Assembly: GCA_002726235.1 (NCBI GenBank)
Contig: PBSN01000008.1
Span: 625,781-670,135 of the forward strand
Reading direction: 5' to 3'
DNA length: 44,355 nucleotides
Origin: Nitrospiraceae bacterium
GTDB taxonomy: Bacteria > Nitrospirota > Nitrospiria > Nitrospirales > UBA2166
Below the pieces are notes generated by a model. The model was not told where the DNA came from and did not search any database. It worked only from the letters and a program-made list of their open reading frames with translations. Of the stretch, positions 19,104 through 27,827 are shown piece by piece; the stretch's first letter is position 1, and each line of letters begins with the position of its first letter. The position numbers were made by a program, and so were the translations under genes.

Positions 19104-19871
19104 CTAAAACTCTGCCCACATAACGGTGTGATCGGAAGGATTCTCCATATTTCGCGGCATTATGTCGACCTCTGCTTTGACACATTTCTTCGCTAGCAAT
19201 GGCGTAGCGAGGATATGGTCAACGCGCCACCCCCGATTCTCAATCAACGTGTTTGGCTGACGATAATCCCAGAAAGTGTACTGCAAACGATCGGGATGTA
19301 ATTTCCGAAAGACATCGGTAAATCCCCATGCCACAGTCTCATGGTAGACTCGACGCACGTCTTCGTGAAAACAGACGTGTTTGAGTTTCGTTGTTGGCCT
19401 GTCAACATCGATCGACTCAGGGGCAACGTTCAGATCACCACACCAAATTGCAGGTTTTGTAATGGAAAGGTGCTTTGAAAAGTACGCACGTAAACGCTTG
19501 TACCACTCTAACTTGTAGGAGTACTTTGGGGAATCGAGACTGGCTCCCTGGGGGACATAAGTATTGACGATGGTGATTCCATCAACCGTCACTCGAAGGA
19601 GACGAGCTTCATCAGGTTCTCCCCCATCATCAAATCCGTATGACACATTTTTTGGCGCGTTCAAACTCAAGACGGCCACACCATTGTATGACTTCATCCC
19701 ACGAAAAGTCACATAGTATCCAGACTCGTCAAACGCAGACAGCGGAAACTCAGAATCCTGTACTTTTGTCTCTTGCAGACAGAGAACATCAGGTGTGTTG
19801 CGCTTCAGCCATTGAAGCACGATAGGAAGTCGTTTCCGAATGGAATTTACATTAAACGTCGCGAGTTTCAA
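19104..19871 (-). CDS. xth: Exodeoxyribonuclease III / AP endonuclease
   Basis: ATFNVNSI, LQETK, YNGVA, GDLN, FWDYR, WRVDHI, SDH; TTG start overlaps the SDR stop (TTGA). Confidence 0.95.
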   Translation of the reverse strand: MKLATFNVNSIRKRLPIVLQWLKRNTPDVLCLQETKVQDSEFPLSAFDESGYYVTFRGMKSYNGVAVLSLNAPKNVSYGFDDGGEPDEARLLRVTVDGITIVNTYVPQGASLDSPKYSYKLEWYKRLRAYFSKHLSITKPAIWCGDLNVAPESIDVDRPTTKLKHVCFHEDVRRVYHETVAWGFTDVFRKLHPDRLQYTFWDYRQPNTLIENRGWRVDHILATPLLAKKCVKAEVDIMPRNMENPSDHTVMWAEF

Positions 19872-20605
19872 TCAGGAACTCCGCGGCCCCAATCCGCCCA
19901 CATACGATCTACAACTAGGCGATGAACAATCGCATTGGGTCCAAGCGTTGCCAAGTACACCGCAGTCTCGGCGATATCAAATGGGTCGATCAGGCCGCTT
20001 TTCTCTCTTTCTTCTCTTGACGCATCAACCAGTTCATCTGCAACCCGCCCAGGACAGATCGCCGCAACCCTAATCTTGTGCGGACGCCCTTCATCCGCCA
20101 ACGCTTGAGTGAGTCCAAGGATACCGAATTTTGAGGCGCTGTAGGTTCCAGTTCCAGACCACGATTCTACACCTGCGACACTCGACATATTGATGATGTT
20201 TCCGCCACCGCTTTGCTTCATCACGCGAACTCCTTCACGACAACAGAAAAACATCCCTCGAAGATTGGTATTCATGACGTGATCGAATGTGTCCGTTGCT
20301 GTCTCCACAATGTGTTCGCCAAGAAGAATGCCGGCATTGTTAACGAGGATATCGATTTTCCCAAATTGCCTCACCGTTTCCGAGATAAGGTGAGTCACCT
20401 GTGCTTCATCTGTTACGTCGGTCTGGATCACAGCTGCTTGGCCACCACGCGCGCGAATCGTTGCTGCACCTTGATCACACAATTCAATCCGTCGAGCCGC
20501 AATGACAACAGTCGCTCCTTCTTCCGCAAATCTTAAGGCAATAGCTTTTCCGATACCGCTGCTACTGCCTGTGACAATTGCTATCTTATTCTCCAAACGC
20601 TTCAC
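19868..20605 (-). CDS. Classical short-chain dehydrogenase/reductase
   Basis: TGSSSGIG, NNAG, INMSS, YSASK, ICPG. Confidence 0.93.
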   Translation of the reverse strand: MKRLENKIAIVTGSSSGIGKAIALRFAEEGATVVIAARRIELCDQGAATIRARGGQAAVIQTDVTDEAQVTHLISETVRQFGKIDILVNNAGILLGEHIVETATDTFDHVMNTNLRGMFFCCREGVRVMKQSGGGNIINMSSVAGVESWSGTGTYSASKFGILGLTQALADEGRPHKIRVAAICPGRVADELVDASREEREKSGLIDPFDIAETAVYLATLGPNAIVHRLVVDRMWADWGRGVPD

Positions 20606-20616
20606 TACTTTACTTT

Positions 20617-20934
20617 CTACGCTCGATACTCAATGCCATACCGAGGATCTGATATTTTTTTTCCGCGGCACTGCGGACACCGGCTGGGTCGAGTGAGTCG
20701 AGTACGGGTGAGAAACTCATAGCCACACTCGTGGCAACCCGAAGGCTCCATCACGAAGCGTCGCGACTTATCGCGAGATACTGACCGAAGAATGTGTGGC
20801 ATATGACCGTCAACCTGGCGTTGAGGAATCCCAAACTGTGCCGATAGCTCACGAGCAGAGCATAACGTCCCCATAAGCCGCTGCATGATCTGTTGCCGGA
20901 TGGTGAACTGGTTATCACACATGGATGATGCCAT
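20617..20934 (-). CDS. HTH + Zn-ribbon putative transcriptional regulator (COG3357-like)
   Basis: TIRQQIMQRL..SARELS..HMPHI; PSGCHECGYEF...PSRCPQCR..I..P; same strand as the SDR, 11 bp upstream. Confidence 0.75.
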   Translation of the reverse strand: MASSMCDNQFTIRQQIMQRLMGTLCSARELSAQFGIPQRQVDGHMPHILRSVSRDKSRRFVMEPSGCHECGYEFLTRTRLTRPSRCPQCRGKKISDPRYGIEYRA

Positions 20935-21119
20935 GTCAAAGGGATGCCTGCCGCATCAAAAAAGGCATTATCGACTCAGCATATGAGTACAAGCATGTCT
21001 GGCGGAAAAATCAGCGTCTAGGGAAATGCCGAAAATGAGGAGTGCAACACCACCAGCGACATCATGATCGCGATTGATTGAAGAAGCCTGCGGTAATTTC
21101 TTAAAATAACGAAGTCTCC

Positions 21120-24100
21120 TCAGAACGCCACCCTTTTCGTTTCACCATTTTCAAGAAGATCGAAACAATGAGATATCCATTGCCGTGTCAGTTTTTCGTG
21201 GACCACGTTCTGCATTAAGCGTTCATGCAGACATTCAAAATCCACATGGTCCAACTCTTGATCCTGATTAAAGCAGGAGAAAACAATCTTTTCCTTGCCA
21301 CTTTCGGGATCCTCATGCCGTTGGAGACACTGGGCACAGATTTCCTTCATCATGCACTGCATGGGGGAGTTGATGCTACCGATGGCTACATGATCTGGCT
21401 TGAAGAATTCTTCGAGCACCCCGTACCGAGCCTTGCGCACCGCATCCATCATGCGATCTGATCCGATAACAATCATCCGGTCAACCTCATTGAGAGGGAT
21501 GTCCCCCTTGCCAAGACTGCCGTCGCCATAGGCCTTGATGGATTCGATGATATTGGCCACCACGGCCTTGTCCTGAGGACGGGTGGGTTCGAATCCCGGT
21601 TCCTCGTCACAACACCAAACGATGACATCGCCTGAATTGATGATGTCCTTCACATGGTAACGATCAGCCACTTGCTTATAGCCGGCAAAGTAGAGCACGC
21701 GGGAACCAGCATCGCGCAACGCTTGGCCAATAGAAAACAGCACCGCATTACCCAAACCACCGCCAAGCAACATCACCGTCTCGTTCTTTGGTGTTTCCGT
21801 GGGAGCCCCTGTGGGACCCATCAGAACCACCGGCTCGCCAGGCTTAAGATGGATGCAGAGGTTAGACGATCCACCCATTTCCAGCACAATAACTGACACC
21901 AATCCCTTCTCTCGATCAACCCAAGCGCCGGTAAGAGCCAACCCTTCCATCGCCAAGGTCGTGCCATTAACCCGCAAGGCATGATTCTCATAGTTCTGCA
22001 GGCGAAAGAACTGTCCCGGCTGAAACGCCTGCGCCGCAAATGGTGCATGCAACACCACTTCAACAATATTTGGTGTGAGGCGAACAACCTCCTTTACAGT
22101 GGCGCGCAACCCTGCATTCAATTCGGTTACCAAGTCAAGTGCCTTGATATCGGAGGGTGGGTTACGGTCAAGAACTCTCTGCACGATAGGAAATCCCTTC
22201 TTGGCACTGGCCATAGCACTCACCACGTTACCAGCAAAAGAGGGATGAAGGTCGCCAAAGAAACTGATGGAATGATTATCCTCGGTGATTTTGATGAGCG
22301 AATAGACCTTGCTCGGTTTCGCCGACCATTCAGGTTGTACCGGACTCCCCGACTCATCCAAGGCTTGATAGTATTTGCCGTTCATCTCGGCAAAGCCGGG
22401 ATGTTCGCGGGCTAGGGTTGTATTTGGCTGAGTGCCAGCAGCCACCAGAATCGCACGAGCAGGAAGAGTCACTTCCTCGCCTGTGGATTTGGGGCGCCCA
22501 TCCTCACCAATTTTCTGCCGCGCTAACCGAATGGCTTTGGTATGGCCATACTCGTCCAGCTCCACGGCCAACGGCGACAGCAATTCGGCAAACCGAATGC
22601 CCTCGTTGAGGGCATAGATAATCTCATCATGGTTGAGGGTATAGCTAGGCGAATCAATCATGCGACGACGATAGGCAATGGTGACACCACCCCACTGCTT
22701 GATAAGCTCGGCAAAATGGGGACTGCGCCCTTCCTCCTCCGCTACTTGGCGCTCTTCCCAGACAGCCATAGCATGAGCCAGGAACTCATCGGCGATCTCC
22801 GCCTCCTCTTCGGTGTAGAGGCTACGGACCATCTCTTCACCCTGCTCTTTCTTCAGAATGTTATAACGCACGCTAAATTTCTCCACTTGGCGTACGTAAT
22901 AGGCCATGGCTTCCGTCGCCGAGTCGATAGCGGTCAGACCACCACCAATCACCACCACAGGCAACCGCAGTTGCAAATTGGCGATGGTTTCCTTCTTGGC
23001 CGCACCAGTAAGCTGGAGCGCCATGAGAAAGTCAGAAGCCTGACGCACGCCACGGGCAAGACCGTTTGGCACAGAGAGATAGGTTGGCTTGCCAGCGCCA
23101 GCACACATTGCGATGTGATCAAATCCCATGGAAAAGGCAGATTCGGCAGTCATCGAACTGCCAAAACGAACGCCGCCGAACATCGTAAACAGTGACCGTC
23201 GCTCCACCAACAGGCGCAGGACCTTGAGAAAATTCTTGTCCCAGCGCACAGTGATCCCGTATTCGGCAACACCACCAAATCCAGCCATGGCACGCTCATC
23301 AAGATTCTCATAAAGTTCGGCAATATCCTGAATTGGCTTGAAGACCACGCGTTCTCCACTAGCGGTTACGCCAGAAATTTTTGAATCCACGGGTTCAATC
23401 TTGAGACCATCTACGGCGACCACCGTATGACCTGCATTCATTAGAAAATGTCCCAGCGTGAAACCTGCAGGCCCCAGCCCTACGATTAGAACCTTGTAGC
23501 CAGTCTCTGGCAACGGCAGGGGTTGCTTAAAATTAAGCGGATTCCAGCGCGTCAGCAGGCTATAGATTTCAAATCCCCATGGCAAAGCCAAAGTATCCTT
23601 GACGATCCTAGTCTCCACTTGCGGAATTTCAACCGGCTCCTGCTTCTGGAAGATACAGGCCTTGGAACACTCGTTACAGATACGATGGCCAGTACCAGCC
23701 ACCAAGGGATTGTCCACGGCAATAATGGCCAGGGCGGCCAAAGTATATCCATCTACCTTGACCTTATGCATCTCAGAAATTCGCTCGTCGAGAGGACAGC
23801 CAATAAGGGAAACTCCCAGGGGATTGTCCATGAAAGAACCAGTTTTCTTATCTCGGAACCCAGTGGAACAAGAATCACGCTCACGATCATGACAAAGGAC
23901 GCAATAAGTGGCATGATCATACGCGCCAATGAAATCCATACCGTCATCGGTCAGCGAAAACCCATCACGGCGATAGAGGGGTTTGTCCTCAGGCTGTTTC
24001 ATCGAGATGACGCCGTTTGCTTCCTCCGTGGACGTGGGCACAAGATTAAAATGATCAACTTTTCGAATGAGGTGAAATAACACATTCTTCCCGTGACGTT

Positions 24101-24632
24101 TACGCCCAGCCTTTGTATGCCCCGCCCAAGCGGCATAGCGTTCGGCTAGATCGATAGCGACAACGTTGGCCTCTTCGTCATCAAGCCACTCAAGAACATG
24201 CCTAGCAAAGGTTAGTTGATCTAAAGCACTGCCAAACCTTTCGGTCAATGCCTTCTCAAGCGCTGCCCCGTCAAACCCTTCCGCGTCTTCCGCTGAATGT
24301 GCCTTGGCGGCACGGCGCTGAATGAACTGTCGTTTGCATATCCGGATCGGAGCCAACTCATTATCTCGTTCGGATAGTGCACGTAGGGACTGACCGATAG
24401 AAAAAAGGTTGCCAAGGAAATCCTCGAGATAGGGTGCAATGGCCACTAACAGGTTAGATTCATCGAGACGCTCTAGTTTGTCAGGCGCAGCGCGTGCCAC
24501 CAACAGTTGGTCACACAATTCCTCATCCGATTCCCCGAGGTATTTAAGAAACAGATCATCAATTCGCTTGAGCCCTTCAAGATCATAAAGATCTTCAAAA
24601 GCTAAATCGTAGCCCAGTAATATTTTAGTCAT
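21120..24632 (-). CDS. Large FAD/Fe-S oxidoreductase: GltD/NfnB-like N-terminal module fused to a PyrK/NfnA-like C-terminal module
   Basis: CVLC-x7-C...GCP...GHRICNECSKAC; GLGPAG; GGVAEYGI; VIGGGLTAID; YRR; FFGD; then PGQFFRL, MGPTG, LLGGGLG, INSPMQCMMKEICAQC...FSC. Likely start ATG 24632 (the ORF extends to 24707). Confidence 0.85.
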   Translation of the reverse strand: MTKILLGYDLAFEDLYDLEGLKRIDDLFLKYLGESDEELCDQLLVARAAPDKLERLDESNLLVAIAPYLEDFLGNLFSIGQSLRALSERDNELAPIRICKRQFIQRRAAKAHSAEDAEGFDGAALEKALTERFGSALDQLTFARHVLEWLDDEEANVVAIDLAERYAAWAGHTKAGRKRHGKNVLFHLIRKVDHFNLVPTSTEEANGVISMKQPEDKPLYRRDGFSLTDDGMDFIGAYDHATYCVLCHDRERDSCSTGFRDKKTGSFMDNPLGVSLIGCPLDERISEMHKVKVDGYTLAALAIIAVDNPLVAGTGHRICNECSKACIFQKQEPVEIPQVETRIVKDTLALPWGFEIYSLLTRWNPLNFKQPLPLPETGYKVLIVGLGPAGFTLGHFLMNAGHTVVAVDGLKIEPVDSKISGVTASGERVVFKPIQDIAELYENLDERAMAGFGGVAEYGITVRWDKNFLKVLRLLVERRSLFTMFGGVRFGSSMTAESAFSMGFDHIAMCAGAGKPTYLSVPNGLARGVRQASDFLMALQLTGAAKKETIANLQLRLPVVVIGGGLTAIDSATEAMAYYVRQVEKFSVRYNILKKEQGEEMVRSLYTEEEAEIADEFLAHAMAVWEERQVAEEEGRSPHFAELIKQWGGVTIAYRRRMIDSPSYTLNHDEIIYALNEGIRFAELLSPLAVELDEYGHTKAIRLARQKIGEDGRPKSTGEEVTLPARAILVAAGTQPNTTLAREHPGFAEMNGKYYQALDESGSPVQPEWSAKPSKVYSLIKITEDNHSISFFGDLHPSFAGNVVSAMASAKKGFPIVQRVLDRNPPSDIKALDLVTELNAGLRATVKEVVRLTPNIVEVVLHAPFAAQAFQPGQFFRLQNYENHALRVNGTTLAMEGLALTGAWVDREKGLVSVIVLEMGGSSNLCIHLKPGEPVVLMGPTGAPTETPKNETVMLLGGGLGNAVLFSIGQALRDAGSRVLYFAGYKQVADRYHVKDIINSGDVIVWCCDEEPGFEPTRPQDKAVVANIIESIKAYGDGSLGKGDIPLNEVDRMIVIGSDRMMDAVRKARYGVLEEFFKPDHVAIGSINSPMQCMMKEICAQCLQRHEDPESGKEKIVFSCFNQDQELDHVDFECLHERLMQNVVHEKLTRQWISHCFDLLENGETKRVAF

Positions 24633-25358
24633 GGTTATGTCTTCTTGTTTCCCCACGTATCGTTTCCTCATTATTTCTGCTCTTGGTGCAAAGCTTCTTC
24701 TCGTCATAGCTCATAGCGGTCCAATCATGCTCATACCCTGTATTAAGCTTTACCGAAAGATCCTTAATGATCTGCTAGTGGCACTTTTGATTCAAAACAC
24801 CCATTGCCATCCTTCAGTCAATCATATAAGCAACTGATTCCAGAGAATCATACATCGTCAATTCGAACTGTATCGTTAGTATTGACACTTGATTGTCCCC
24901 ATCGCTTTTCTACCGACCCTATAATCATGGACAAATCGGCGCAACATGATAGCATGAACGATCAAACATGCCATGAAAAGAATGGCGCAAGTTTAGCCAA
25001 CAAACAAATGTGCCCCTGCCGATGAGATGCCCCCTCACCGAGGGCCAAACGATAAACATTCTTGGACAACGGGAAGTAGAGCAACAATGCTACTCATCTT
25101 CAGCAAATGTACTTGTTCCATAATTTTGTCCACGCAATGGGTTTTGCAAATAAACATTACAGATGGCGCAGAGGAGAAAGGACATCACCCCATTCCACGT
25201 ACCAGCTAGAAAAAATGCACCGCTGATTTTTAAACGCACAACATCGACGGAGTGACTGAAAGCGTTGTTTTGTGACAGCGTGCTCTGACCTCACATCGAA
25301 GCCATGAAATCCGCGGCTAAAGGCTCCCAATGACCAAGCCCGCACACTGTGAGAAACC

Positions 25359-26603
25359 CTATAAATTTGAGGGAATGTCAGGTGCCTGACAAAACAAGGC
25401 GACACTTGCGGCATATCCGTGCAGAAAGTTCATACTTCCAACGAGACCTATTTCTCCTGCAGCAAAAAAACCCCCAACCGGAACATCGCCAATGCGCTCA
25501 CGAAGACTACTCACATCATGATGTGGCCGACCGAAAAACCGTTGCCCACGTCCAGTACAGCTAAACAAAAGCGCCCCATTAACCTCGATACCAGAAAGCT
25601 GTCCCTTAACACCCGCAAGGAGCAGGTTCAGATCTTCGCTTGCAGTTTTTTCATCTCGAAGATGGAACTGCACGGTCTGGCCTTCCTTCACCACATCTCC
25701 AAGTGAGATGCTACCGGACGGCCGATCAACACCAACTAGTCCTCGGATAAGAAAATCACCCCGTCCAAGTTCCTGTTTATATTCATCCATGGCATACCCC
25801 ACCATAGTCTTCGTTCGCGCCTGCTGTTGATCGTGTTGATTCAGACCTTCAAATAATTCCTGAAGACGGTCTAATGCTGAGCTTCCGCCTAATTCATGAA
25901 TCATATTGCCTTTGGCCTTGGTAATGATAAAGCGTTCTCCAATTGGTCGACATCCTTGCGATACCACAGTACAAATCTTCACTGCACCCATCATGGTAAC
26001 TCCTACGGTGCCCGAGGTCACAACGTGATCATTAAACAGAAGCCTGTTCTTGCCAGGGGCATGTCCACTACTAACCATCCCTCCAACCGCCGGCGCACCA
26101 GGGAAGCGATTGCTCAAAAACGTGAAGAGCTCTGTTGCAGGCGTCGAGTACGGATCGGCAAATAAAATCGTCGTCGGAGAGTCAGATGACCGATCATACC
26201 CCGGCATCTCTTTCGGCCACCCCGCGACAGTGACACGATCGCTTTTCCGCTCAAAGGTAAGGTGAAAGGGAACGAGATGTGTCCGAGGCAAATGGGCTAA
26301 CCAGAGACACATCCCAGGCGTTGTTTCAATCTCTTTGGCTCCACCAATGATACCGTGGCAAGAACACCCGAGCAAAACCTGAGGATTCAATCGGTTCCGC
26401 AGATAAGGCACGACATCAGCAATATGTTCCGCATGATGATTAGAAAAAAACAGAAGCGCTAGATCAGCCGATGTACCACTGAGACTTTCTGCGGCCTTCT
26501 CACACAAGTCCACCATGGCTGCCCGAGTTTCAGCTTCCAAGGAAACGGCTACCGCGCACTGCATTTTCATATTTGGATTGATCCCTTCACCCATCCAGCA
26601 CAT
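25359..26603 (-). CDS. FIST N/C domain protein (putative small-ligand sensor); start may be ATG 26570
   Basis: LLGCSCHGII, FADPYS, VGGMVS, VSQGCRPIG, GDFLIRGLVG, GQTVQFHLRD, LLFSCTGRG, GFFAAGEIG, LHGY. Confidence 0.9.
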   Translation of the reverse strand: MCWMGEGINPNMKMQCAVAVSLEAETRAAMVDLCEKAAESLSGTSADLALLFFSNHHAEHIADVVPYLRNRLNPQVLLGCSCHGIIGGAKEIETTPGMCLWLAHLPRTHLVPFHLTFERKSDRVTVAGWPKEMPGYDRSSDSPTTILFADPYSTPATELFTFLSNRFPGAPAVGGMVSSGHAPGKNRLLFNDHVVTSGTVGVTMMGAVKICTVVSQGCRPIGERFIITKAKGNMIHELGGSSALDRLQELFEGLNQHDQQQARTKTMVGYAMDEYKQELGRGDFLIRGLVGVDRPSGSISLGDVVKEGQTVQFHLRDEKTASEDLNLLLAGVKGQLSGIEVNGALLFSCTGRGQRFFGRPHHDVSSLRERIGDVPVGGFFAAGEIGLVGSMNFLHGYAASVALFCQAPDIPSNL

Positions 26604-26663
26604 TCCCTTCGTGTACTATACCCATACCAAAAAACTATCTTGATTCGACCTCGCATTTGTCTC

Positions 26664-27686
26664 TCACACAGCCATCAGATCGATTACAACTTTTCCAATA
26701 TGTTGTTGGGATCGCAAATATTCATAGGCCTGTACCGTATGATTAAATGAGAATACACGCGAAAGGTGTGGCCGAATCTTCGCCACATCATACGCATACA
26801 CTACTGCGCGTAATTCCTCCGTTGATTCCATCAAAATTCCGCGCACTGTGACCTGACGTCTGAGAAGATCACGAACATTGATCATGCTTTTCACACCATC
26901 GAGTACGCCAACTAAACTCACCCGGCCCCCATATGCACACGATTGAATTGATAGCCCAAGTGACCGTCCACCTGCGACCTCGACAACAACATCCGCACCA
27001 CGACCCCCTGTAATGTCCACAACTCGCTGTGACCAGCCGTGCTGCCGATAGTCAATCACTTCAGTGACGCCAAATTCGCGCTTCGCAATTTCAGCCTTCG
27101 CCTCACTCGAGGTACTCAAGATTGAACGCGCCCCGACCATGCGGACGATTTGAAGAGCAAAGATCGAGACACCACCCGTCCCATGAACCAACACCCAATC
27201 ACTAGGCTTTGCCTTCCCATGCGTCACAACCGCAGCCCACGCGGTTAAACCTGCAATCGTGAAGGTAGCCCCCTCACAAAAGGTCAAATGCTCTGGCACA
27301 TTCACCAGCGCAGCTGAAGGATAGATGATCTGTTGCGCAAGCACACCATCAACCCCGTTGCCTCCTACAAACGTCTTTACCCATTTATTATTCATCGTTC
27401 CCGCTGGCCAGCACCGAAATGGCGCATTCAACACTCGATCACCCGCCTTCACCTCTGTAACGTCTGGACCAACCTCAACCACCTCCCCCGCCATATCCGA
27501 ACAAGCAACGATCGGCGGATTCTGCTCACCTCCATAGCGTCCATCGGCAACCATAAGGTCACGATAATTCAAGGAGACAGCACGCACATCCACAAGAACC
27601 TCCCCTCGTCGAGGAGCTCCGGGAGGGTGAGACTCTTCGCGCTGAAGACCATCAAGGCCCTTCCCATTAACCGTGTAACGTTTCAT
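26664..27686 (-). CDS. NAD(P)-dependent zinc-independent MDR oxidoreductase (quinone reductase-like)
   Basis: AVSLNYRDL, CSDMAGEV, AGLTAW, HGTGGVSIFALQ, HIGKVVI. Confidence 0.9.
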   Translation of the reverse strand: MKRYTVNGKGLDGLQREESHPPGAPRRGEVLVDVRAVSLNYRDLMVADGRYGGEQNPPIVACSDMAGEVVEVGPDVTEVKAGDRVLNAPFRCWPAGTMNNKWVKTFVGGNGVDGVLAQQIIYPSAALVNVPEHLTFCEGATFTIAGLTAWAAVVTHGKAKPSDWVLVHGTGGVSIFALQIVRMVGARSILSTSSEAKAEIAKREFGVTEVIDYRQHGWSQRVVDITGGRGADVVVEVAGGRSLGLSIQSCAYGGRVSLVGVLDGVKSMINVRDLLRRQVTVRGILMESTEELRAVVYAYDVAKIRPHLSRVFSFNHTVQAYEYLRSQQHIGKVVIDLMAV

Positions 27687-27827
27687 GCCTAGGTATTCAT
27701 TTCCATTCCTTAATCATGTTAGGCATCACAGTAGAACAGGGAGCACCAATTACACTACCATTTTCCAAGAAAAATCTATTCGTAGAAAATCCCGTCTCGA
27801 TGAGTCACGGTGTACACAACACCCAAC

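Noticed and set aside
22542..24080. Long plus-strand ORFs (217 aa, 185 aa) inside the large oxidoreductase
   Set aside because: Antisense shadows without recognisable motifs; the same applies to 35510-36091, 7298-7780 and similar overlapping ORFs.
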